From: Geotalea daltonii FRC-32
GTDB lineage: Bacteria; Desulfobacterota; Desulfuromonadia; Geobacterales; Geobacteraceae
Direction of reading: 5' to 3'
DNA: 32,000 nucleotides
Assembly: GCF_000022265.1 (NCBI RefSeq)
Contig: NC_011979.1
Location: 1,740,001-1,772,000, forward strand
Both the position numbers and the translations under genes were made by a program. The first letter of the stretch is position 1. Every line of letters starts with the position of its first letter. The notes under the pieces are model-generated. The model ran no database searches and was not told where the DNA came from. It saw nothing but the letters and a program-made list of their open reading frames with translations. Shown here piece after piece: positions 23,207 through 32,000 of this stretch.

Positions 23207-25225
23207 GTGGCACAGGTGGTTTTTTCCAGCTGGGGTAGAAATATTATTGATAATCGCAGCGGAGGCGAGGCTAAGGATGCCCAGTTCCGGTTGCCGGTCA
23301 CCTATGACGGGGAGCGTCCGCTGGCTGCATTCATGGGCTGGGATGGTCTCATCGTCTTCGACAGGAGTGTGGATGTACCAGCCATGGCAGCGGAATATAT
23401 GCGGCGCGTACAGACCCTTTACTGTTGCGGTAAGTGCACCCCCGGCAAAAAGGGTACAAAAGTGCTTATGGACACCCTGGCTGCCATTCTCGGCGGAAAT
23501 GCAACCGAGGCGGACCTGGACACCATAGAAGATCTGACGAAGCTCCTGGAAAACTGCAAGTGTACGCTTTGCCAGAGTTCCACAGTGCCGGTCCTGGACG
23601 CGGTAAAAAACTTCCGCAATGATTTCCTTGCCTATATCAATGGCGGCAAGAAAACTTCCGGAGATTTCCGTTATATCGAGAAGTATACGGCCCCCTGTCA
23701 GGATAAGTGTCCTGCCCACATCGACATACCTGCCTATATCGAAGCGATCAAGGAATATTATTACGATCATTCCCTTGGCACTATCCGTGACAGCATGCCG
23801 CTCCCCTCGGTCTGTGGCCGTGTCTGCCCACATCCCTGCGAGACAGCATGCCGGCGTAAGAACGTGGATGAACCGATCAGCATCATGGTGCTGAAGAGAA
23901 CGGCCTCCGATTACGAGTGGAAGCACAAGTTCGAGCCTCCCATGCAGCCAAAACCTCGCAAGGGGAAAACCATCGCCGTCGTCGGCGCAGGCCCTGCCGG
24001 CCTGGCCGCAGCATATTATCTGGCACTTGAAGGTTATCCCGTAACCATTTATGAAGCGCTTCCCGAAGGTTTCGGCGGCGGGATGGTTGCCGTCGGCATC
24101 CCTCCGTATCGGCAGCCGCGCCATCTGTTGCAGCGGGACATCGACATCATCTCCTCCATGGGAGTCGAGATGATATACAATACCCGCATCGGTAAGGATA
24201 TTTCCCTTGAGGACCTGAAGAAGAAATACGATGCCGTCTTCCTGGCTCCCGGCGCCCATCGCTCCAAGCCGATGGGAGTGGAAGGCGAAGACAAAGGATA
24301 CAAGGGCTTCCTTAAAGGCGGAATCGATTTTCTCCGCGAGGCATACATGGGTAAGCCTACCGGTATGGGGAAAAAGGTGGTTGTTGTCGGCGGCGGTAAC
24401 ACTGCCATTGACTGCGTTCGCGTCGCCCTTCGCGAAGGCGCCGAAGTATCGACACTCCTCTATCGTCGTTCCCGTAAAGAAATGCCTGCCGACGTTTGGG
24501 AGGTGGACGGTGCCGACGAAGAAGGGGTCAAATTCGAATTTCAGGTTCTTCCTACCAGGATTATCGTTGACGGTAATGACCAGATAACCGGTGTCGAATG
24601 CGTACGTATGGCCCTTGGCGAGCCGGACGCCTCCGGACGCCGCCGTCCTGAACCCATGGCCGGCAGTGAGTTTGTCGTCGAATGCGACACGGTCATCCCG
24701 GCCATCGGCCAGGATCCCGATCTCAGCTTCATCCCGGCAGACATGGGGATCGACATTACCAAGTGGAATACCATCATTACCAAGTATGTCCCTTACAAAG
24801 ATGCGGCCGGCAAGGATCTGAAAGACGGCATGGGCAACTACCAGTCAAGGACCCTGATCACCGATTGTAACGGAGTCTTTGCCGGTGGTGATGCTGAAAT
24901 CGGACCGCTTACTGTCGTCGCCTGCATCGGCAGCGGCCATCGTGCGGCCAAGGTGATGCAGCGCTGGCTGGAGGAAGGAAAGGCGTACCTGACCGATGAC
25001 GAGTACATGGAAGACATTCTCAACTACATGGGCGTCTACGACAAAAATGAAAATGTTTCCTGTCTTGATTCTGCGGCCAGGGCTCACCAGGGTGAGGTTC
25101 ACGGCAAGGAGCGCGCCAGCTACAAGAACTACTGCGAGGTGGAGCTAGGCTTCACCGACAGCCAAGCGGTGAAGGAGGCGCAGAGGTGTTTGCGCTGCTA
25201 CCGCGTCGCCATGGTTGCGGTATAG
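23207..25225 (+). CDS. sfrB: GltD-like NAD(P)H oxidoreductase, FeS/FAD subunit (SfrB-like)
   Basis: GGAGG lies 5 nt before GTG 23207. The N-terminal NuoF-like CCGKCTPG cluster region is followed by a GltD-type part (CGRVCPHPCETAC, VVGAGPAGLAAAYYLA, VVVGGGNTAIDC). Size and pairing with the downstream gene match G. sulfurreducens SfrB as I recall it. Confidence 0.8.
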   Translation: MAQVVFSSWGRNIIDNRSGGEAKDAQFRLPVTYDGERPLAAFMGWDGLIVFDRSVDVPAMAAEYMRRVQTLYCCGKCTPGKKGTKVLMDTLAAILGGNATEADLDTIEDLTKLLENCKCTLCQSSTVPVLDAVKNFRNDFLAYINGGKKTSGDFRYIEKYTAPCQDKCPAHIDIPAYIEAIKEYYYDHSLGTIRDSMPLPSVCGRVCPHPCETACRRKNVDEPISIMVLKRTASDYEWKHKFEPPMQPKPRKGKTIAVVGAGPAGLAAAYYLALEGYPVTIYEALPEGFGGGMVAVGIPPYRQPRHLLQRDIDIISSMGVEMIYNTRIGKDISLEDLKKKYDAVFLAPGAHRSKPMGVEGEDKGYKGFLKGGIDFLREAYMGKPTGMGKKVVVVGGGNTAIDCVRVALREGAEVSTLLYRRSRKEMPADVWEVDGADEEGVKFEFQVLPTRIIVDGNDQITGVECVRMALGEPDASGRRRPEPMAGSEFVVECDTVIPAIGQDPDLSFIPADMGIDITKWNTIITKYVPYKDAAGKDLKDGMGNYQSRTLITDCNGVFAGGDAEIGPLTVVACIGSGHRAAKVMQRWLEEGKAYLTDDEYMEDILNYMGVYDKNENVSCLDSAARAHQGEVHGKERASYKNYCEVELGFTDSQAVKEAQRCLRCYRVAMVAV

Positions 25226-25346
25226 GGGAAGGTCACTTTTCCGCCCTGGCTGTGTAAGTCTTCGCGATTGCTTGTGCGGCGTACCTTCCGGTACGCCTCC
25301 GCGCACTCCCTTGACAGCCTTGCCAGAACGAAAAATTGTCCTTCCC
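25226..25346. repeat. Long imperfect palindromic element E3 between sfrB and sfrA
   Basis: The ends GGGAAGGTCACTTTTCCGCCCTGGC (25226-25250) and GCCAGAACGAAAAATTGTCCTTCCC (25322-25346) are inverted repeats matching at 20 of 25 positions. The centre is a perfect hairpin GGCGTACC-TTCC-GGTACGCC (25278-25297). Confidence 0.65.
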
Positions 25347-25400
25347 GGTAAAGTATTAGCTATAAACAAAGACCTGAAAAAAATCTGAGGTAAAGATAAC

Positions 25401-27929
25401 ATGGTTAACCTGATAATCGACGGCAAGAATGTAACGGTGGCCAAGGGGGCAACGATCCTTGAAGCTGCGGCGACAGTGGGCATCAAGATCCCGACCCTCT
25501 GCTGGCTGCAGAAGGTTTCTCCTACCGGCGCCTGCCGCGTCTGCGCGGTTGAGGTCGAAGGGGTCGAGCGGACCATGACGGCCTGCAACACGCCCGTCAA
25601 GGAAGGCATAAACGTTACCACCCAGTCCGAGAGGCTTTCTGCCATCCGCCGTAAGGTCATGGAGCTGATGCTGGTTAATCATCCGCTGGATTGCCCCGTC
25701 TGCGATGCCGGAGGGGAATGTGACCTTCAGGATGCCTGCTACGGACTGGATGTGGCGAAGCAGGAATACTCCGCCCTTCTGGAAAGACGCAAGATCCGTT
25801 ACGACTGGCCGTTGATCGAAAGCGATCCCAATCGTTGCATTCTCTGTGAGAAATGCGTCAAGGTCGATCATGAGATTGTCGGCTGTGATGCCATTGCCGT
25901 TGTCAATCGCGGTGAAGCGACCATTATCGATACCGTGGATGGCAAGCCGCTCAACTGTGAATTCTGTGGTAACTGCGTTGCCGCCTGTCCTACCGGAACT
26001 CTCATCAGCAAGCCATTCAAATTCAGAGGCCGCCCCTGGTCATTCAACGTGACCAAGAGCGTCTGTGCCTTCTGCAGCAATGGTTGCCAGATCGAATACC
26101 ACTCCAGGAACGGTCGTGTTGCCCGCGTTACCAGCGACGACAGCACCTTTAACAATGGAAATCTCTGCATCAACGGCCGTTTCGGTTACAGCTACCTCAA
26201 TTCCGCCGATCGTTTGACCGTCCCACTGGTGGCAGAGGGAGGAAGACAGATCGCTGCCGACTGGAACCGAGCCATGGCTTTTGCTGCCGAGAAGCTGCAG
26301 GCGATAATCAAGACTTCGGGCGCCGATGCGGTAGCAGGCATCGCTTCGCCCCGTGTAACCAATGAAGAAAACTTCCTTTTCCAGAAATTCATACGCACTG
26401 CAGTCGGTACCAGCAATATCGATTCCGAGGCGAGGTTCGGCTATGCTGCGGCGCAGAGCGTGCTCAGGGAAAAACTGGGGCTGACGGGCGCCAGCGCAAC
26501 CATCGACAAGATAGATAATGCCGGCGCAGTTCTGGTCTTCGGGAGTGACCTCAATGCTGAGGCAACCGGTGCCGAGTACCGGGTCATCAAGGCTGCTTTT
26601 AAAAACGACGCCAAACTGGTGGTCGCCAACATGCGCCGGGTGAAGCTAAGGAAATATGCGAACAGCATGCTGCAGTATCGGCCCGACAGCGAGCTGGCGC
26701 TGATCAACGGCCTGATGAAGGCTATCATCGATGGCGGTCTTGAAGATAAAGGATTCGTCCAGGGAAAGGTGGCCAATTTTGAGGCACTGAAATCTTCTCT
26801 TGCCTCCCTGTCTTTGTCCGAGCTGGCAGCAGCGGCCGGTGTCGGCGAGGGTGAACTGCGTGAGGCCGCTGCCCTCATCTGCGGCAAGAAAAGTGTCGCC
26901 ATTCTTTTCGGTGCAGACCTCATGCGCAGCAAAGGTGCTGCAGAAAAGGTCGCAGCCCTTGCCGACCTGGCGCTGCTCGTCGGTTGTATCGGCAAGGAGA
27001 CCGGAGGTTTATTTCCTGTCGATGCCAAGAATAATACCCAGGGAATGCTGGATGTGGGTGCAGCTCCGACCCATTTGCCCGGCTATCAGCCACCCACTGC
27101 CAAAGGCAAAGATTTCTGGCAGATTTTGGATGGTATCGAACAGGGCATTATTAAAGCCCTTTACGTGATAGGTAGCGACCTGACCACCTATCCCGACAAT
27201 AACCGCATCAAAAAAGCACTGGCCAAGCTGGAGCTTCTCATAGTTCAGGATGTTCTTGCCAGCGAAACCTCAGCGATGGCCCATGTGGTCTTCCCTGCTT
27301 CAGCTGCTGCCGAGAAAAGCGGTTCCTTTACCACGACCGACAACAGGCTGCAGCTTCTTGGCAAGGCTGTCGATGCAACTGGCGATGCCCGGGAAGATTG
27401 GGATATCATCGGTGAGCTTTACAACCGTCTCACCCATGCAGGTCACGCGCACCTCCCGGCGGAGCTGTTGGAGGAATTCAAAAGCCTTACGCCCCTTTAT
27501 GCCAAGGAAGTACCAGCCATTGAGGGTCGCGGCATCGCCATCAACACCAAGGCATTCGAGCTGAAGCAGAATCTGGCATTTTCCGGGGCTGTTTCGTATA
27601 AATCTGCCGCTCAGTCCCAGTTCAATCTGCTGGTCGGTCCCATCGGCTACCATAACGGCACCACCACCACCCGGTCAGAGAATAACCTCAGTGTTTCAGC
27701 TGAAGGATACATCGAAATATTTGCCGGCGACGCAGCCAAGGTTGGCGTTGCTGACGGGGCAGCCCTTAAAATAAGCTCCCCAGCCGGTACCATCACAGGC
27801 AAGGCCAAGGTAAGCGACAAACTGCAGGCCGGGTTGCTTTTTGCTCCGTCCCACTTCCGCGACCTCAATGCCAACTCTCTTCTCCAGGGCAGTGTAAATA
27901 TCGTCGGCGTAACGGTGGAAAAGGCTTAA
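25401..27929 (+). CDS. sfrA: NuoG/FdhA-like FeS protein with a degenerate molybdopterin-oxidoreductase domain (SfrA-like)
   Basis: N-terminal 2Fe-2S region (..CRVCAVEV..), then 4Fe-4S motifs (CILCEKC, CEFCGNCVAACP, CAFCSNGC), then a molybdopterin-oxidoreductase fold. 842 aa. Confidence 0.8.
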   Translation: MVNLIIDGKNVTVAKGATILEAAATVGIKIPTLCWLQKVSPTGACRVCAVEVEGVERTMTACNTPVKEGINVTTQSERLSAIRRKVMELMLVNHPLDCPVCDAGGECDLQDACYGLDVAKQEYSALLERRKIRYDWPLIESDPNRCILCEKCVKVDHEIVGCDAIAVVNRGEATIIDTVDGKPLNCEFCGNCVAACPTGTLISKPFKFRGRPWSFNVTKSVCAFCSNGCQIEYHSRNGRVARVTSDDSTFNNGNLCINGRFGYSYLNSADRLTVPLVAEGGRQIAADWNRAMAFAAEKLQAIIKTSGADAVAGIASPRVTNEENFLFQKFIRTAVGTSNIDSEARFGYAAAQSVLREKLGLTGASATIDKIDNAGAVLVFGSDLNAEATGAEYRVIKAAFKNDAKLVVANMRRVKLRKYANSMLQYRPDSELALINGLMKAIIDGGLEDKGFVQGKVANFEALKSSLASLSLSELAAAAGVGEGELREAAALICGKKSVAILFGADLMRSKGAAEKVAALADLALLVGCIGKETGGLFPVDAKNNTQGMLDVGAAPTHLPGYQPPTAKGKDFWQILDGIEQGIIKALYVIGSDLTTYPDNNRIKKALAKLELLIVQDVLASETSAMAHVVFPASAAAEKSGSFTTTDNRLQLLGKAVDATGDAREDWDIIGELYNRLTHAGHAHLPAELLEEFKSLTPLYAKEVPAIEGRGIAINTKAFELKQNLAFSGAVSYKSAAQSQFNLLVGPIGYHNGTTTTRSENNLSVSAEGYIEIFAGDAAKVGVADGAALKISSPAGTITGKAKVSDKLQAGLLFAPSHFRDLNANSLLQGSVNIVGVTVEKA

Positions 27930-27952
27930 GAGAGCAACTTAAAAACAAACTC

Positions 27953-27988
27953 AAAGCCCCTGTGCACTTTTGCCAGGGGCTTTTTCTA
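27953..27988 (+). terminator. Rho-independent terminator after sfrA
   Basis: AAAGCCCCTG (27953-27962) pairs with CAGGGGCTTT (27974-27983) and is followed by a T-run. Confidence 0.8.
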
Positions 27989-28006
27989 TACTGATAAAGG
28001 CTTTTT

Positions 28007-28657
28007 ATGGGTAGCAGATCGAAAAGAGCTGAGCGTTGCCAAAACTGTAGAATGCATCTGCATCTGTGCATTTGCGACCTTATTCCGATCTACGACCTGG
28101 CGACCCGACTTGTCCTCGTCATGCATCACAGGGAATTTACCAAAACAACGGCAACCGGTCCCCTTGCGCTTAGAGTGCTAAAGAACAGTGAACTGCGCAT
28201 TCATGGCCACCTGGAACAGCCCCTTGACTGCAGTGACCTGATCCATCCTGAGCGGCGAACCCTGCTCCTCTATCCGGGGGAAGAAGTCCCGGTTCTTGAC
28301 CAAAAACTGCTGGATAAGGATCCTCGTCCGATAACACTGGTGGTGCCGGACGGCAACTGGCGGCAGGCCTCTCGCATGGGTCGCAGGCTGCCGGGGCTGG
28401 AAAATGTCGAGATGGTCCGACTTCCTGCGGGGCCACCGAGCGAGTGGGGAATCCGCCGTGAACATCACGAGGACGGGCTGGCCACCTTTGAAGCGATCGC
28501 CAGGGCCATGGGTATAATCGAAGGTCCGGTCGTGCAGAAGGGGATGGAGGAACTTTTCCGCCAGATGGTGCATCGCACGCTGGTTGCTAAGGGGGCTACG
28601 CCGGGTATTAACCTGCCGGGCGAGGGGAGGGGAATCGATGAAGTTTACCATCAGTGA
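28007..28657 (+). CDS. DTW-domain protein (tRNA aminocarboxypropyltransferase-like)
   Basis: N-terminal Cys cluster CQNCRMHLHLCIC and a DGNWRQA (DTW-type) motif. 216 aa. Confidence 0.8.
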   Translation: MGSRSKRAERCQNCRMHLHLCICDLIPIYDLATRLVLVMHHREFTKTTATGPLALRVLKNSELRIHGHLEQPLDCSDLIHPERRTLLLYPGEEVPVLDQKLLDKDPRPITLVVPDGNWRQASRMGRRLPGLENVEMVRLPAGPPSEWGIRREHHEDGLATFEAIARAMGIIEGPVVQKGMEELFRQMVHRTLVAKGATPGINLPGEGRGIDEVYHQ

Positions 28658-29816
28658 TCAGATCAGCAGGGTGCATTTTCCCCCGATTTCCGAAGTAAAG
28701 GGGTGGCTGGCGGCAGCTCGACCTGACCTGCCGCTCATCGATCTTTGTCAGGCTGTTCCCGATTATCCGCCGGCCACTGCTCTTACCGAATATCTGGCTG
28801 GCTTGATCAGCGATCCTCTCATTGCCAGGTATTCTCCGGACGAGGGACTCCCTGAGGTGCGGGAGGCGATCTGCGCCCGCTATGGCCGTACCTATGGGGC
28901 CAACCTTGATCCGGCGCAGCTGTGCCTGACCATCGGCGCCAGTCAGGCCTTCTGGCTTGCCATGGTTACCCTGTGCCGGGAAGGGGACGAGGTGATCCTT
29001 CCTCTTCCCGCTTACTTCGATCATCCCATGGCCCTGGAGATTCTTGGTATCTGCCCTGTCTATGTTCCCTTTGATGAGGCTGCAGGGGGGCTGCCTTCAG
29101 TTTCCTGCATGGAATCCCTGATTACATCACGCACCAGGGCCATTCTCCTTGTGACGCCCAGTAATCCCACTGGTGTCGTGACCCCGCCGGAAATCATCCA
29201 CCAACTTCATGCATTAGCTGCCAGACATGGCATTGCTCTGGTCCTTGATGAAACCTATTGCGATTTCATTGCCGGTGGAGCCCGGCCCCACGACCTTTTT
29301 ACCATGAGTGGCTGGGGGGACAACTTCGTCCATATTGCCTCCTTCGGCAAAACCTATGCCCTTACCGGTTACCGGGCCGGCATGCTGGCAGCCTCTGCAC
29401 AGTTCATCCACCATGCATTGAAGGCACAGGATACCATGGCTGTCTGTCAGCCAAGGATCACCCAGCATGCGGTTGGCTTCGGTGCGGAGAATCTGGATGG
29501 ATGGGTAAGGCAGAATAGGGTGATGATGGAAGAGCGGCATGACTGCTTCTGCCATGAATTTACCAAGCCTGGCAATGCCTTTGAGCTCGTCGCCAGCGGT
29601 ACTTTTTTCGGCTGGGTGCGGCACCCCTTTGCCGGCAGGACCGGCAGGGAAGTGGCAAAAAAGCTGGTTGAAGAGGCAGGACTACTGACTCTGCCCGGGG
29701 AAGTCTTTGGTCCGGGCCTGACCGATTATCTGCGGCTGGCTTTCGGCAACATTCGAAAGGACTTTATTGCCGAAGCGGTGCAGAGATTCCGTGATTTTCA
29801 ACCCGCCCAATGGTGA
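28638..29816 (+). CDS. Class I/II PLP-dependent aminotransferase
   Basis: ATG 28638 follows GAGGGGAGGGG and overlaps the DTW gene by 20 nt. PSNPTG, LVLDETY and the SFGKTYALTGYRAG Lys motif are present. Confidence 0.85.
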   Translation: MKFTISDQISRVHFPPISEVKGWLAAARPDLPLIDLCQAVPDYPPATALTEYLAGLISDPLIARYSPDEGLPEVREAICARYGRTYGANLDPAQLCLTIGASQAFWLAMVTLCREGDEVILPLPAYFDHPMALEILGICPVYVPFDEAAGGLPSVSCMESLITSRTRAILLVTPSNPTGVVTPPEIIHQLHALAARHGIALVLDETYCDFIAGGARPHDLFTMSGWGDNFVHIASFGKTYALTGYRAGMLAASAQFIHHALKAQDTMAVCQPRITQHAVGFGAENLDGWVRQNRVMMEERHDCFCHEFTKPGNAFELVASGTFFGWVRHPFAGRTGREVAKKLVEEAGLLTLPGEVFGPGLTDYLRLAFGNIRKDFIAEAVQRFRDFQPAQW

Positions 29817-30984
29817 AATAGAAGGTAGCGCCTTGGTCAACGGCAGCCTCAGCCCAGACCCTGCCTCCATGATGACGAATAATGCGCTTGACCGTTGTGA
29901 GGCCGATGCCGTTCCCTTCAAATTCATCTATACGATGCAACCTCTGGAACGGCTCGAACAGCTTGTCCGCATGCTCCATGTCGAATCCTGCTCCGTTGTC
30001 GGAAACAAAATAAACCTTTCCCCCGGCAAGGTCTTTTGCTCCGAACCTGATGACAGTCTTGTCCTTCCTGGCAGTGTACTTCCAGGCATTCCCAAGCAGA
30101 TTTTCCAGGACGGCACGTAGCAGTACCTTGTCCGCCATTGTTGTTAATCCGGCAGTTATCTCTAATTGAAGATTGTCCCGTGGCGATGTTTCACTCAAAT
30201 CCCGCATAATGTCCAGGGCTATCTGGCTCAGGTCCACCTGGGATACTGACAATTCAGTCAGATTCATTCTCGAAAAATTGAGCAGAGCCTCGATCTTTCC
30301 TTTCATTCTGTCAGAGGCGGCGATGATTCTCTCCATATACTGACAGGCCTGATCACTGAGACTATCGCCGCAATCCTCCAGCAAGGCGTTGCTGAAGCCG
30401 ATGATACTGGTCAGTGGTGAACGCAGGTCATGGGAAACGGCAAAACTGAAAGATTCCAGTTCCTGATTTGCAGTTTCCAACCGTCTGGTGCGTTCCCTCA
30501 CTCGCCTTTCCAGTTCCACCCGCAAGTTCTGAACCTTTTTTTCCGCTTCCTGCCGATCATGAATCTCTTTGTTGAGTCGCTGATTCAACTGACATAGTTC
30601 AGTGCTTTTTATCGAGACCAGATTCTCCAACTGCTCCTGACGGTCGATCACCTTCTGTCTTCTCATATCCCGAACATTTCCCTGCACTGGGCACCTCCCC
30701 CTGCCATTTTCATTGGCGGTGTCTGTTTCCATTTTTGCAGCAGAGCAGTACCTGGCTTTCGGGCCAAATTGGCATGGGCCGGCAGCTTCTCCGGGAAAGA
30801 TGGTTGACTGAGCAGCGATACGGAAGAACGACAGGTATCCGGCAACTATCACCGGTATAATGGATAGTGAGGTGATTGCGAATCCAAAGGTCCGATAGAC
30901 AGGTATGAAAACAATGACAAAAAAGAGGAGTGCTGTCACAACAAACAAATTTTTTGGCTGCATGGGGTAAACGAGTTCTCTCAT
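29764..30984 (-). CDS. Membrane histidine kinase (HisKA plus HATPase)
   Basis: Two N-terminal TM segments, a coiled-coil linker, H-box FSFAVSHDLRSPL, and an ATPase region with GNGIGL. Confidence 0.88.
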   Translation of the reverse strand: MRELVYPMQPKNLFVVTALLFFVIVFIPVYRTFGFAITSLSIIPVIVAGYLSFFRIAAQSTIFPGEAAGPCQFGPKARYCSAAKMETDTANENGRGRCPVQGNVRDMRRQKVIDRQEQLENLVSIKSTELCQLNQRLNKEIHDRQEAEKKVQNLRVELERRVRERTRRLETANQELESFSFAVSHDLRSPLTSIIGFSNALLEDCGDSLSDQACQYMERIIAASDRMKGKIEALLNFSRMNLTELSVSQVDLSQIALDIMRDLSETSPRDNLQLEITAGLTTMADKVLLRAVLENLLGNAWKYTARKDKTVIRFGAKDLAGGKVYFVSDNGAGFDMEHADKLFEPFQRLHRIDEFEGNGIGLTTVKRIIRHHGGRVWAEAAVDQGATFYFTIGRVENHGISAPLRQ

Positions 30985-31178
30985 GGATTGCCTGTCTCAA
31001 CATCATTAGTGCTGCAATTGGGGGCACGATAAGGTTTAGATAAGCTGTCAATAATTAATTCGCAATAATTCTAGCATGGAAAAACCTTATGGCAATCGAA
31101 AATTTGAATAGGCTGAATATTTAGCTGAGCCCTGATACCTCAATTTCAAGAGATAAACGTTTTTTCCCAGGGGCTGCG

Positions 31179-31206
31179 TTGACAAAAGGAAACTGTATTC
31201 TAGAGT
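31179..31206 (+). promoter_or_regulatory. Putative sigma-70 promoter for the OmpA-like gene
   Basis: TTGACA (31179-31184), 16 nt spacer, TAGAGT (31201-31206). Confidence 0.35.
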
Positions 31207-31255
31207 TGTTAATAAATTATTGTTAATATTTTAATTCGTCATAAGGGGGCGCGAT

Positions 31256-32000
31256 GTGAAGAAAATCAACTTTGTAATTTGCCTGGTTTCCCTGGTCACC
31301 CTTTCTCTGCTTTCTCCGGCGATGGCCGAAGGAATTCGTCCCGGCTCCTTCACACTTTCCGGGATTATCGGTGGATACACATTCGACGGCAGGCAGCATA
31401 TTGAAACCAGGCCCGTCTATGGGGTGCGTGGCGGCTACAACTTCACCAAACACTGGGGCGTCGAGGGATTGTTCGACTATGCCAGGACAGAATCGACCCG
31501 GGCCGATCAGGATATCAACTTCTACCGTTATGGGGGAGAGGTGCTCTTGCATGTATTCCCGGACAACAAGCTGGTACCGTACCTTGCGGCAGGCTATGTG
31601 GGGCTGACCAGGGATCCGGAAGGCCAGCACACAGTCAGCAAGGGAGCCTTTGACTACGGCATCGGCGCCAAATATTTTCTTACCGATGACCTTGCCCTGC
31701 GCGCCGATTTCCGCAATATGGTATTTCGCGAAGGGGCCAATGTCCAGCGTCCGGGGGAATACCACGATGAAGGCACCGGCTTTAATTATGAGTACACGAT
31801 AGGTCTTGCCTGGCAGTTTGGCGGCAAAGGGCCCGAGCCTGCGGTGATGGCCGCGCCGGAACCTCCATTACTGCAGGTAGTTCCCACTCCCCCTGTTCAG
31901 GAGGAAGCTCCGCCTGCTCCGGTTCCGGCAGCCGAACCGACCCCCGGCCGTTACAAATATTGCATTTCATTGAATCTTCAATTTGACATAGACAAGGCGT
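31256..32000 (+). CDS. OmpA-family outer membrane protein (5' part; runs off the window)
   Basis: GTG 31256 follows AAGGGGG. Signal peptide VKKINFVICLVSLVTLSLLSPAMA. The beta-barrel repeat pattern (..GGYTF.., ..GVRGGYNF.., ..YGIGAKYF.., ..YEYTIGLAWQFG) is followed by a Pro-rich linker and the start of the OmpA_C domain (..NLQFDIDKA). It is not in the ORF track because no stop codon falls inside the window. Confidence 0.85.
   Translation, partial: MKKINFVICLVSLVTLSLLSPAMAEGIRPGSFTLSGIIGGYTFDGRQHIETRPVYGVRGGYNFTKHWGVEGLFDYARTESTRADQDINFYRYGGEVLLHVFPDNKLVPYLAAGYVGLTRDPEGQHTVSKGAFDYGIGAKYFLTDDLALRADFRNMVFREGANVQRPGEYHDEGTGFNYEYTIGLAWQFGGKGPEPAVMAAPEPPLLQVVPTPPVQEEAPPAPVPAAEPTPGRYKYCISLNLQFDIDKA

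Noticed and set aside
23168-24259. 363-aa minus-strand ORF
   Set aside because: It is antisense to the sfrB-like gene. Like the 195-aa ORF at 26441-27028, which is antisense to sfrA, it is a shadow ORF.
31223-31765. 180-aa minus-strand ORF
   Set aside because: It is antisense to the OmpA-like gene. That gene has a Shine-Dalgarno sequence, a signal peptide and a beta-barrel pattern, and it is missing from the track only because it has no stop inside the window.
1-32000. CRISPR arrays, tRNA or rRNA genes, intact transposase or phage genes
   Set aside because: I saw no regularly spaced direct repeats, no cloverleaf-like segments in the intergenic gaps, and no transposase-like ORF. The only mobile-DNA traces are the non-coding palindromic elements.

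Overview
This looks like a chromosomal segment from a Geobacter-type (Desulfuromonadales) deltaproteobacterium. The pointers are c7-type multiheme cytochromes, an sfrB/sfrA-like gene pair and sigma-54 two-component regulators. No rRNA, tRNA or CRISPR array was seen.

Layout, left to right:
- 1-4300: a small lipoprotein, a radical-SAM gene remnant, a DUF327 protein, and a 902-aa secreted protein with 13 BNR/Asp-box repeats.
- 4100-7900 (minus strand): a tiny zinc-ribbon ORF split by an in-frame TGA, a FAH-family hydrolase, and a TIGR01212 radical SAM-thiE-thiG-thiS operon.
- 8032-14433 (minus strand): a tightly packed ten-gene operon behind a well-spaced sigma-54 -24/-12 element. Its core is a pentaheme cytochrome c, a Tat-exported 4x[4Fe-4S] protein and an NrfD-type membrane subunit. 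Around that core sit a nonaheme c7 trimer, a kinase-less heme-motif sensor with a HAMP domain, an Asp-less receiver, two paralogous ~80-aa membrane proteins, a 55-aa TM protein and a 4-TM protein.
- 14877-18425: an NtrC-type sigma-54 activator, then a sensor kinase with the same heme-motif periplasmic domain, and a Usp protein.
- 18782-32000: IclR regulator, coaE, FapA/DUF342, M29 aminopeptidase, sfrB/sfrA-like oxidoreductase pair, DTW protein, aminotransferase, a second histidine kinase, and a partial OmpA-like gene.

Three different long palindromic, MITE-like elements sit in intergenic spacers. Two are flanked by 4-bp YTAR repeats (TTAG or CTAG) consistent with target-site duplications, and two lie inside operons.

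The most interesting candidates are the sigma-54 redox operon with its built-in signalling parts and the possible small selenoprotein.
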